Shown here one piece after another: positions 51,422 to 59,806 of a DNA stretch of 64,000 bases. The DNA is from an uncultured delta proteobacterium (GTDB taxonomy: Bacteria > Desulfobacterota > Desulfobacteria > Desulfobacterales > QNYZ01). Numbering within the stretch: the stretch's first letter is position 1; every line of letters starts with the position of its first letter. Under the pieces are notes generated by a model that did not search any database, was not told the origin of the DNA, and saw nothing but the letters and a program-made list of their open reading frames with translations. Position numbers and translations under genes: made by a program. The DNA lies in assembly GCA_963845145.1 (NCBI GenBank), contig CAWJQU010000004.1, positions 96,001 through 160,000 on the forward strand. Reading direction: 5' to 3'.

Positions 51422-52594
51422 TTAACCGTTGTGCCGGTAGTCCGGGTGCTCATAAAGAATCGGCATACGGGTACTAATGAAACGATAAATAACCACACCC
51501 AAGGTAACGATAAAGAGCGACGTGGCCACTTCCATCCAACTGGGAACATACCGTTGGGCCGAAGGTAGATACCAGTTAAAGGCAATGACGGAAATGTTGA
51601 GTCGGTTAAAAATCACCCCCAACACAGTCCATGCCGCCGCCCAGCGTGCCCAGCGAATGTTTCGTTCTCGCACCGCCAACGAATATAGAAAAGCCGGCAG
51701 TGCCACAAAACCGAGCAGTTCCAACAAAAACCACGCCCCCCATCCGGAAAAGAGCTGGTGCCAATTGTTGTCCACCGATATACCGATTAATTTGACTGCC
51801 AGATAGCCCATCATAACAAAAGCCGCTGCCTTGCTGAACCCCAGGACCACACCGTCTGCTTCCTTTAGGTGTGTTTCGTCCATCTTATGGTGCAGATACC
51901 GATGGGCCAGTGAGCCTTCAAAAATCACCATGGATAGCCCGGCAAAAATACTGGAGACAAAAAAGTAGACCGGCAGATAGCCGGAATACCATAATGGGTG
52001 CAGCTTCGAAGGTGCGATCATGAACAGAGCACCCAAAGAGGATTGATGCAGGGTGGAAAGCACCACGCCGAAAATGGTGAGCACCAGAGTCAGGCGAACG
52101 ATCAGGTTGCGCACCTTGGTTAACCCGAGCCATTCCAAGGCGGCAGGGCTGTATTCAATAAAGAGGACGGTAAGATAGAGTAAAACGCACAAGCCCACTT
52201 CGTACAGAAGCGATGTGGTTCCCGGAGAGAGAAGGATGGGGTAGGGCAACCGCCAGGGGCGTCCCACGTCATAGTGTAGCGCCAATACGACCATGGCGTA
52301 CCCTAAAAAGGCTGTCAGGATCGCCGGGCGTACCGCAGAGTGAAACCGTTTGAGCCCGAATATGTAGCAGGCCGCAGAAGTGACGTACCCACCGGCGGCC
52401 AGGGCAACGCCACACAGCAGATCAAACCCGATCCATATGCCCCAGGGATAGTTGTCATCCAGGTTGGTTACCGCTCCCAAGCCTTTGGTAAACCGCAACA
52501 CGGTGGCGATGATACCGATGCAGATGATGATTCCCGCCACCATATTAAAAGGTGTAAATAATGATTTATTGGGTTGATTTGTCTCCTGCGGCAT
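51422..52594 (-). CDS. hmcC: HmcC, NrfD/HybB-family membrane subunit
   Basis: YPWGIWIGFD, DVGRPWR, STLHQSSLG, KLHPLW. Confidence 0.92.
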   Translation of the reverse strand: MPQETNQPNKSLFTPFNMVAGIIICIGIIATVLRFTKGLGAVTNLDDNYPWGIWIGFDLLCGVALAAGGYVTSAACYIFGLKRFHSAVRPAILTAFLGYAMVVLALHYDVGRPWRLPYPILLSPGTTSLLYEVGLCVLLYLTVLFIEYSPAALEWLGLTKVRNLIVRLTLVLTIFGVVLSTLHQSSLGALFMIAPSKLHPLWYSGYLPVYFFVSSIFAGLSMVIFEGSLAHRYLHHKMDETHLKEADGVVLGFSKAAAFVMMGYLAVKLIGISVDNNWHQLFSGWGAWFLLELLGFVALPAFLYSLAVRERNIRWARWAAAWTVLGVIFNRLNISVIAFNWYLPSAQRYVPSWMEVATSLFIVTLGVVIYRFISTRMPILYEHPDYRHNG

Positions 52595-53644
52595 CTAATC
52601 TTCCTCCTTATCGGCCGCCTCTTTCAGGGCTTTTTTCACTTCAAGATTAATAGCCGCTTCCTTTTCCCGGGTCATCTTCTCTTTTAATTCGCCCAGTTTG
52701 GTCTGCATCTCTTCGTTGGCATTGGCCACCGTAATGGCGACGGCCTCGATTCGTTCCTGCTGGGCGATTTTGTCTTTTCGTTTGGAAATCGCGTAGATTC
52801 CGGTGAGCAGCACCGGCCACAACCCCACCACGATGGGCACTGCATGCAGCGGTCCTGAGGTGAATGCCGCTGCAGGCTGAATGCCCAAATCTTCGCGCAT
52901 GCCTATTTGATGAAACGGTTTGGGGGATAGGTAAAGCCAGCTGGTCCCGCCCATCTCTTGCTCACCGTAAATATGGTCAATGTATCGCTCGGGAGATCGA
53001 TCGATTCGTTGTCGGGCAATTTTCAGAAGCCGATCTCTTTTGCCAAAAGTCAGCGCTTCCGTGGGACAGTTTTGGACACATCCGGGCAGTTTGCCTTCAA
53101 CAAGACGGAATTGGCACAGATGGCACTTTTGGATCCTTGGGGTGAGCGGCTCGTCGTATTCATAGGCGGGGATGTTAAACGGGCAGGCGATCATGCAATA
53201 GCGGCATCCCACACAAAGGGAGGCGTCATAAACCACGGCACCGGTTTTATCCTTTTTCAGGGCGCGCACAAAACAAGCAGACGCACAGGCCGGTTCGAGA
53301 CAGTGATTGCATTGATTCTTGGCGAAGATCGCCGGCTGACCGTCATCGCTTTCAAAGCGATTGACCACGGTAAACGCCGCGGCATCGGTCCTCCGCGGGG
53401 CTTCCAATACCGTTAAGTCTTCGAAGGGCTTATCCGGTGCGGGTAATTCATTGACCTGGTTGCAGGCCTCTTCACATTTTCGGCATCCGATACAACGGGT
53501 TGTATCGTGCAATACACCCACACTGTCCGGGTAGCCCTTAAAATGTTTATTCGACCCTGCATGGGCTTTGAATCCCATCATGGAAGTGGTGCCAACGGCC
53601 GCAGCACTGACCCATCCTAGAAATTTTCGTCTGGTGACTGCCAT
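52595..53644 (-). CDS. hmcB: HmcB, Tat-exported multi-[4Fe-4S] subunit
   Basis: TRRKFL Tat motif, four ferredoxin-type Cys groups, C-terminal TM helix. Confidence 0.92.
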   Translation of the reverse strand: MAVTRRKFLGWVSAAAVGTTSMMGFKAHAGSNKHFKGYPDSVGVLHDTTRCIGCRKCEEACNQVNELPAPDKPFEDLTVLEAPRRTDAAAFTVVNRFESDDGQPAIFAKNQCNHCLEPACASACFVRALKKDKTGAVVYDASLCVGCRYCMIACPFNIPAYEYDEPLTPRIQKCHLCQFRLVEGKLPGCVQNCPTEALTFGKRDRLLKIARQRIDRSPERYIDHIYGEQEMGGTSWLYLSPKPFHQIGMREDLGIQPAAAFTSGPLHAVPIVVGLWPVLLTGIYAISKRKDKIAQQERIEAVAITVANANEEMQTKLGELKEKMTREKEAAINLEVKKALKEAADKEED

Positions 53645-53693
53645 AACTTGGCCTATTTTATCCCCTCTATAAGCTTATTATTTTCCCACGATC

Positions 53694-55364
53694 CTAACTT
53701 CGCTTTTTATGGCAACCGACACAGTCGGTGGCCTTCGGCTCTTCAATCTTCATGATCTGATGGCACGATATGCACTGCCCGTGGTAGGCCCCTTTGAGCC
53801 CGAGTCTTTCATTCTGTCCCGGCTTGAAGGCCTCTCCATGACAGGTGGCGCATTTGGGCGGTTTCGTCGAGCTCGGACTATTGTGGTGACATCCCATGCA
53901 CAAGGTTGTCGGTTCGTTATGAAAAAAACGGGCCATCCGGTCGTTTTGGATGCCATTGGCCAGCGTTCGAACCATTTTCCCGTGGGGTAGGGTCACCGCG
54001 TCGTATTTATCTGCCATGCCGTTGATCGTAACGGTCTCCGGTATCTCTTCTTTTGGCGGTAAGGCGGGCATTTTAGCCTGCCCGGACAATGTTTCCCGGG
54101 CCAGGGCCGCTTTATGTTCAGTGCTCAATGGTAAAAGGCCGATGGCGGATCTGTCTACGACATGGCAACGGTTGCAGGTCATGTCTGAGAACGTCTCTTT
54201 CGGCATGGCGGCATGGCATCCGGCACAGTTTTGGGCCGTCTGGCTTTGCTTATGGCAACCCACACAGCTTTTTTCTGTTTGTGTGCCATGCATGGCGGTT
54301 TCCAGCCGAATGAAATCGCCTTTCTTATCACCGGTTTGGGTATGACATTCGCTGCAGCGTTTTAATGATTCATGATGGCAGGTCATGCAATCGGAAGTTT
54401 TTGATTCGTGGGCCTGATGGTTGAACGCCACCGGGTTGAGATCGTTTTTTGTTTGTGCCGTACTCGATTCGGTGCGGTCCATCCAGGCGGCCAGCAGGAC
54501 TGAGTCCGGTTGGTTGCGCTTCAGGCGAGGGACCTGTTCGACGATTGTAATCTTATTTTGTTCGGTTAAGTCATGGCATCCGTTACAATTGATGGGGCCC
54601 GCTTTTTTCGATGCCTCACTTGCCTGCTGGTGACAATTGATGCAGGCCGAGTGAGACGCCTCTTTCATGGGCCGGGCTTCTTCGGTTTTTTCCGCTTGAT
54701 GGCAGTATCGGCAATTGGCCTCTTCGCCTTTAATATATACGGTTTTTTGGGCCTTCTTATCGTAATTATGATGACAGGCAATGCAATTGTCACCATCAAC
54801 CGGTTGTTTGATTTTGATGGTAGACGATGATTCGTGGCGGTAGTGCAACGACTTATCAAAAGCAAGGGGCTGCCAGGAAGATGTTGCCGTCGGCTTTTTA
54901 TTATGACAGGCACGGCATTCCCCGGCGACCGGCCCGGCGGACTTACCCGAGTCAGCGGTTTCCTGATGACAACCGATACAATTGTCGTGGTAAATCGCCA
55001 TCTCGATTTCGGGCCGGCTCTCTTGGTCCCGTTTATACTTAAATATAAAGGTATTGTCCTTTCGGGTATGGCAGGCGGTGCAATCTTTTTGACCTTTGAG
55101 TACATCGGTGTGCCGATCGTGGAGAAACTGGACGGCCGGCATGACTTCACCGCCGGGAACGGGTGGCAGGTCGATCATGATGATGTCGGGCCGTGTGTTT
55201 GAATCTCCCGCTTCTGTGTTGAAATGCATCAGGCAAATCAGCGCGCTAATTAGAATGGCGACCAGGATGACTCCCGCCCGGTGTCCCAATGATATTTTCC
55301 CTGCCATGGACATATCCCTTAATCGATTAGGTTGGTGATCGATTCTCGTTATATTTTGATTCAT
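53694..55364 (-). CDS. hmcA: HmcA, 16-heme high-molecular-weight cytochrome c (start may be slightly downstream)
   Basis: Sixteen CxxCH motifs counted; hydrophobic signal segment. Confidence 0.95.
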   Translation of the reverse strand: MNQNITRIDHQPNRLRDMSMAGKISLGHRAGVILVAILISALICLMHFNTEAGDSNTRPDIIMIDLPPVPGGEVMPAVQFLHDRHTDVLKGQKDCTACHTRKDNTFIFKYKRDQESRPEIEMAIYHDNCIGCHQETADSGKSAGPVAGECRACHNKKPTATSSWQPLAFDKSLHYRHESSSTIKIKQPVDGDNCIACHHNYDKKAQKTVYIKGEEANCRYCHQAEKTEEARPMKEASHSACINCHQQASEASKKAGPINCNGCHDLTEQNKITIVEQVPRLKRNQPDSVLLAAWMDRTESSTAQTKNDLNPVAFNHQAHESKTSDCMTCHHESLKRCSECHTQTGDKKGDFIRLETAMHGTQTEKSCVGCHKQSQTAQNCAGCHAAMPKETFSDMTCNRCHVVDRSAIGLLPLSTEHKAALARETLSGQAKMPALPPKEEIPETVTINGMADKYDAVTLPHGKMVRTLANGIQNDRMARFFHNEPTTLCMGCHHNSPSSTKPPKCATCHGEAFKPGQNERLGLKGAYHGQCISCHQIMKIEEPKATDCVGCHKKRS

Positions 55365-55596
55365 ACAAAATTGATAGGATATAAACCTACCATTTTAATA
55401 TGCAAAGTCAAGAAAAAATTGAACGAGCTTCAATATCTTTCATCTAATTGTAACAATATGGAATCTTTAATAAATTTGATATGGAGGCATCTCGGCAGGA
55501 AGCGGTGGAAACGGTCAGGTTTTCAGATAGGATGGTGGCAGGAAAAAAGATGGGTGCGCCGCCATTGGGTGACGATACGCCCTATTTCTTTGCCTA

Positions 55597-56112
55597 TCAA
55601 CTACTTGATAGGCATTCGTTCAAGGTTTTTAAATCATCGATGCACTGGCCACACTCGGCCCGTTGGGTTTCGTCTTTTCCACAATAGGTGATGAACGATT
55701 TTAACCAATCTTCGCCGGCCCGGGGGCAGACATGAATATATTCAATAAAAAGAATCAGCCGGTCGATGGTTTTTTTGTCAATGGCGTGTTCCATCCGACA
55801 AGCATTATCCTCAGCGGTAACCGGGTCGATTTGAAGGACATTTAACAGAAAATCTTTTAAAACCTGGTGACGATGGGTGATTTCCCTGGCAATCCGCTTA
55901 CCTTTTGAAGTGAGCGTGATGAAACTGTAAGGTTCGTAATTGATCAGCCCTTTTTCACCCAGATTTTTTAGCGCGCCGGTTACCGATCCTCGCTGGACCT
56001 GCAATTTTTCAGCGATATCCTTGGCACGGGCCACCTTGGTGTCATTTTCAAGCGCAAGAATCACTTCCAGGTAATTTTCCATGCTTTCGGAAAGGTCTGA
56101 TGCCGTCGCCAT
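55597..56112 (-). CDS. DtxR/MntR family metal-dependent repressor
   Basis: SESMENYLEVI, ARAKDIA, RHQVLKDFL, ACRMEHAI; Cys-rich tail. Start moved to 56112. Confidence 0.92.
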   Translation of the reverse strand: MATASDLSESMENYLEVILALENDTKVARAKDIAEKLQVQRGSVTGALKNLGEKGLINYEPYSFITLTSKGKRIAREITHRHQVLKDFLLNVLQIDPVTAEDNACRMEHAIDKKTIDRLILFIEYIHVCPRAGEDWLKSFITYCGKDETQRAECGQCIDDLKTLNECLSSS

Positions 56113-56162
56113 AATAATTCCTTCCGGTGCCAATAACCCTGTTTGCGAATGGTTGATCGTTC

Positions 56163-56257
56163 ATTAGGATATCAAACCTAATAATATAAGTCAAAAAGTA
56201 TTTTCTTCGTTTTATCCGACATTTTTGTTGACACCCTATAAAATTTGGCTTACCTAA
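56163..56257. promoter_or_regulatory. Putative DtxR-family operators in the divergent regulator/feoAB promoter
   Basis: ATTAGG-N8-CCTAAT (56163-56182) and TTTGG-CTTA-CCTAA (56244-56257); TTGACA at 56228. Confidence 0.6.
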
Positions 56258-56294
56258 CAATATAACTAATGCGAAACTAAGGAGAGAAGGTTCA

Positions 56295-56531
56295 ATGCAT
56301 AAACTGCCGATGAGAAAAATGAAAAAAAATCAATCCGGTATTATTTCAGCTGTTAAGGCGACAGGAGAGCTTGGACGGCGTATTCGGGACATGGGGTTGG
56401 TGCCGGGGTCGGAGATTAAAATTCAGGGACATGCCCCCCTCTATGACCCGGTATCCCTGAGGGTCATGGGATTTACATTGTCGCTGAGGAACAGTGAAGC
56501 CGATTTTATCGAAGTGGAGGTTAATGAGTAA
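56295..56531 (+). CDS. feoA: Ferrous iron transport protein A
   Basis: RRIRDMGLVPG, APLYDP, LSLRNSEA. Confidence 0.93.
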   Translation: MHKLPMRKMKKNQSGIISAVKATGELGRRIRDMGLVPGSEIKIQGHAPLYDPVSLRVMGFTLSLRNSEADFIEVEVNE

Positions 56532-58746
56532 AATGGATGCGACCATCGCATTGGCCGGAAATCCCAATTCCGGTAAAACAACGCTTTTTAACGCCCTCAC
56601 AGGTGCCCGGCAGCACGTGGGTAATTACCCGGGGGTCACCGTTGAAAAAAAAGAGGGCATCTATGAAATAAACGGGCACCAATTGAGGATAGTGGATCTA
56701 CCGGGAACCTATTCCTTGACGGCTTACTCACTGGAAGAGGTGGTCACACGCGATTTTCTCGTTCAGGAAAAACCACAAGTCGTCGTTGATATCGTCGATG
56801 CATCCAATTTGGAACGAAATCTTTACCTGACGTTGCAATTTATGGAATTGGGCGTGCCCGTTTGTCTGGCCCTGAATATGATTGATGTGGCTAAGACACG
56901 GGGAATTTCCATTGATATTGAAAAGTTATCCGGGTCTTTGGGCGTGCCCATCGTTACCACCGTGGCACGTACCGGAAAAGGCAAAGATCAATTGATAGCC
57001 GTGGCCGAAGAGGTCATCAAGGGCGAGCGTGCGCTGCGGCCGCTGGTTATTTCATACGGCAAGGATATCGATCCGGCTTTAATCGAAATGGAGAAGATCA
57101 TCCAACCGGCCCAATTTTTAACCGACCGTTACCCGGCGCGCTGGGTGGCGTTGAAATACATGGAAAATGACGAACAGGTAAGAAAACTGGGGTTTCAACA
57201 AGATAAAAACCTGTCGGATCGTCTCGATCGGATCGTCACCCAGGTGGCGCACCATATTGAGGATACCCTGGACTCCTATCCCGAAGCGGTTATCGCTGAC
57301 CAGCGTTACGGCTTTATCAAATCCCTGCTAAAAGACAATGTCATCACCCATAGCAAAGATCCCAACCGGCTGTATATTTCCGATAAAATCGACAAGGTGT
57401 TGACCAACCGCCTGGCAGGCCCACTGATCATGCTGGCTGTTATTTTCGGGCTTTACCACTTTACCTTTACCTATGGCCAAGTGCCCGTCGGGTGGCTGGA
57501 AGGGGTTTTCGGTTGGCTCGGTGGATTGATCGATCAAATTCTGCCGGAAGGGTTGTTAAAGTCATTGATTGTTTCAGGTGTTATCGAGGGCGTCGGCGGT
57601 GTGCTGGGGTTTGTGCCGTTGATCATGTTTATGTTTATGGGTATCGCTTTTCTCGAAGACTCAGGTTATATGGCCCGCATGGCCTATATGCTCGACCGCG
57701 TTTTTCGCCTATTCGGCCTACACGGCAGCTCGGTAATGGCCTTTATCGTTTCCGGTGGGATTGCCGGCGGATGCGCCGTGCCGGGCGTAATGGCAACGCG
57801 CACGCTTAAATCCCGCAAGGAACGCCTGGCCACCCTGTTGACAGTACCTTTTATGAATTGCGGGGCCAAGCTGCCGGTTTTCGCCATGCTGGTGGCCGCG
57901 TTTTTCGCCAGCTATGAGGCGATGATGATGATGATGATTACCTTCATTGCCTGGGCCGGGGCTCTGCTTTCGGCCAAGTTTCTGCGATCGACGGTGATTA
58001 AGGGTGCCAGCACGCCTTTTGTTATGGAATTGCCGCCTTACCGTCTGCCGACCTTCAAAGGACTGGCCATTCATACTTGGGAACGGACCTGGCAGTACAT
58101 TAAAAAAGCCGGGACGGTGATTCTCGGCATTTCCGTTATTCTATGGGCATTGATGACGTTTCCCGGATTACCCGAATCGAAACGTCAACATTATGAACAG
58201 GCGAAACAAACGATTATGGCCTCGGTTTCCTCGGAGACGCAGCAGGCGGTGGCATCCCCCAATGAAGTCGGAGATCTTCCCGCAGAGGCCGTAGCCATTC
58301 GGGCACGCTTGACAGAAATTGATATTGAACGGGCTGAAATGACCTTGCAGAGCTCTGTGGCCGGCCGTATCGGTAAAGCGTTGGAATCTGTCAGTCGTTG
58401 GGCCGGCTTTGACTGGCGCACCAACATCGCTCTGATCGGCGGTTTCGCCGCCAAGGAAGTGGTGGTATCGACACTGGGTACGGCCTACTCTCTCGGTGAT
58501 GTCGACAGTGAAGCCAGCGAATCGCTTTCAGCCACTCTGGCCCATGCCCCTGGCTGGCGCCCTTTGACCGCTTTGGCCCTGATCATCTTTACGATCTTTT
58601 ACGCCCCCTGTTTTGTTACCGTGGTCTCTATTGTTCGGGAATCCGGATCGTGGAAATGGGGTGCTTTTTCCATGGGCTTCAACACTCTTTTGGCGTTTAC
58701 CCTGGCTGTCATCGTTTTTCAGGTGGGTTCGGTCTTGGGTTTTTAG
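56524..58746 (+). CDS. feoB: Ferrous iron transport protein B
   Basis: GNPNSGKT, VGNYPGVTVE, DLPGTYSL, EDSGYMAR, PFMNCGAK, MELPPYRLP, FYAPC. Confidence 0.97.
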   Translation: MSKMDATIALAGNPNSGKTTLFNALTGARQHVGNYPGVTVEKKEGIYEINGHQLRIVDLPGTYSLTAYSLEEVVTRDFLVQEKPQVVVDIVDASNLERNLYLTLQFMELGVPVCLALNMIDVAKTRGISIDIEKLSGSLGVPIVTTVARTGKGKDQLIAVAEEVIKGERALRPLVISYGKDIDPALIEMEKIIQPAQFLTDRYPARWVALKYMENDEQVRKLGFQQDKNLSDRLDRIVTQVAHHIEDTLDSYPEAVIADQRYGFIKSLLKDNVITHSKDPNRLYISDKIDKVLTNRLAGPLIMLAVIFGLYHFTFTYGQVPVGWLEGVFGWLGGLIDQILPEGLLKSLIVSGVIEGVGGVLGFVPLIMFMFMGIAFLEDSGYMARMAYMLDRVFRLFGLHGSSVMAFIVSGGIAGGCAVPGVMATRTLKSRKERLATLLTVPFMNCGAKLPVFAMLVAAFFASYEAMMMMMITFIAWAGALLSAKFLRSTVIKGASTPFVMELPPYRLPTFKGLAIHTWERTWQYIKKAGTVILGISVILWALMTFPGLPESKRQHYEQAKQTIMASVSSETQQAVASPNEVGDLPAEAVAIRARLTEIDIERAEMTLQSSVAGRIGKALESVSRWAGFDWRTNIALIGGFAAKEVVVSTLGTAYSLGDVDSEASESLSATLAHAPGWRPLTALALIIFTIFYAPCFVTVVSIVRESGSWKWGAFSMGFNTLLAFTLAVIVFQVGSVLGF

Positions 58747-58759
58747 TCGGGAGACATAG

Positions 58760-58978
58760 ATGCAAACACTCATTGTGATCATCATCGTCAGCCTATGCGT
58801 TTTTTATATTGGACGACGATTTTACAAAAATTTAAAAGGCGAACCATCATCCTGCGGTTGTGGGGATGGTTGTGGCGATTGTGCCAGCCGATCCCCGGAT
58901 TGTGACCCCAATGAAAATCCGGATTGTGGCCTTAATGAAAATCCGGATTGTGGCGTTAATAAAAATATGGACAGGTAA
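58760..58978 (+). CDS. FeoB-associated Cys-rich membrane protein
   Basis: N-terminal TM helix, SCGCGDGCGDC, then three PDCxxNxN repeats. Confidence 0.8.
   Translation: MQTLIVIIIVSLCVFYIGRRFYKNLKGEPSSCGCGDGCGDCASRSPDCDPNENPDCGLNENPDCGVNKNMDR
58895..58966 (+). repeat. In-frame 24-bp tandem repeat, 3 copies
   Basis: ccggattgtgaccccaatgaaaat / ccggattgtggccttaatgaaaat / ccggattgtggcgttaataaaaat. Confidence 0.9.
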
Positions 58979-59003
58979 CATTTCGCAGGGAGAATCAGAA
59001 CAT

Positions 59004-59762
59004 ATGGATAACCTAAAAACGCGTTTGAAACAGGGCGAGACGCTGGTCGGGTCGTTGGTCACCATACCATCCCCCGAAGTGGCTGAAATCATGTCACACG
59101 TCGGGTTCGACTATTTGTGGATCGATGCGGAACATTCCCCAATGGGGTTTGTCCATTGCCAAAGGATCATTCAGGCCGTGGGCGGGCGCTGCCCATGCCT
59201 CATTCGCATCCCTGAAAATAGTGGGGTGTGGATCAAAAAGGCACTCGATACCGGCTGTGATGGGATTGTGGTGCCCCAGGTTAATTCGGCCGACGAGGCC
59301 CAAGCCGTTATAGACCATTGTTTATATCCGCCCCTTGGCCGGCGAAGCATCGGTGTGTCAAGAGCCCATGATTTCGGCATCTCCTTCGATGATTATGTTG
59401 AAACCGCCAATGCAAAACTCACCATTGTTCTGCAAGTTGAGGATATTAAGGGGGTGAACGCGATTGAATCGATTGTGGGCGTTCCAGGTATCGATGCCAT
59501 TCTCATCGGGCCGTTTGATTTGTCCGGCAGCTTAAACGTGTTGGGGCAGATCACCCATCCTAAGGTTGAGGAGGCAATGAAAACCGTTAGCGGTCAATGC
59601 CAAAAGGCGGGTGTGCCTCTCGGGATATTTGCCGTTGATGCAGATTTTGCCAAAACCTCGATTCGAAGGGGGTATCGTCTCATTGCGCTGAGTCTGGACG
59701 CGTTTTATTTGTGGCAGTCGGCAAAGAAAGCGTTGAACGATGTTCGTGGCGATGGTGTATAA
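59004..59762 (+). CDS. HpcH/HpaI aldolase family protein
   Basis: GFDYLWIDAEHSP, KKALDTG, YPPLGRRS, QVED, IGPFDLS. Start moved to 59004. Confidence 0.9.
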   Translation: MDNLKTRLKQGETLVGSLVTIPSPEVAEIMSHVGFDYLWIDAEHSPMGFVHCQRIIQAVGGRCPCLIRIPENSGVWIKKALDTGCDGIVVPQVNSADEAQAVIDHCLYPPLGRRSIGVSRAHDFGISFDDYVETANAKLTIVLQVEDIKGVNAIESIVGVPGIDAILIGPFDLSGSLNVLGQITHPKVEEAMKTVSGQCQKAGVPLGIFAVDADFAKTSIRRGYRLIALSLDAFYLWQSAKKALNDVRGDGV

Positions 59763-59806
59763 GTATAGCGGGCTTCCATAAAATAAGGAGTCCTGCATAT
59801 TGCCGT

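Noticed and set aside
57922..57936. (ATG)5 run in feoB as a phase-variation tract
   Set aside because: In-frame trinucleotide run within a TM helix; slippage would not switch expression.
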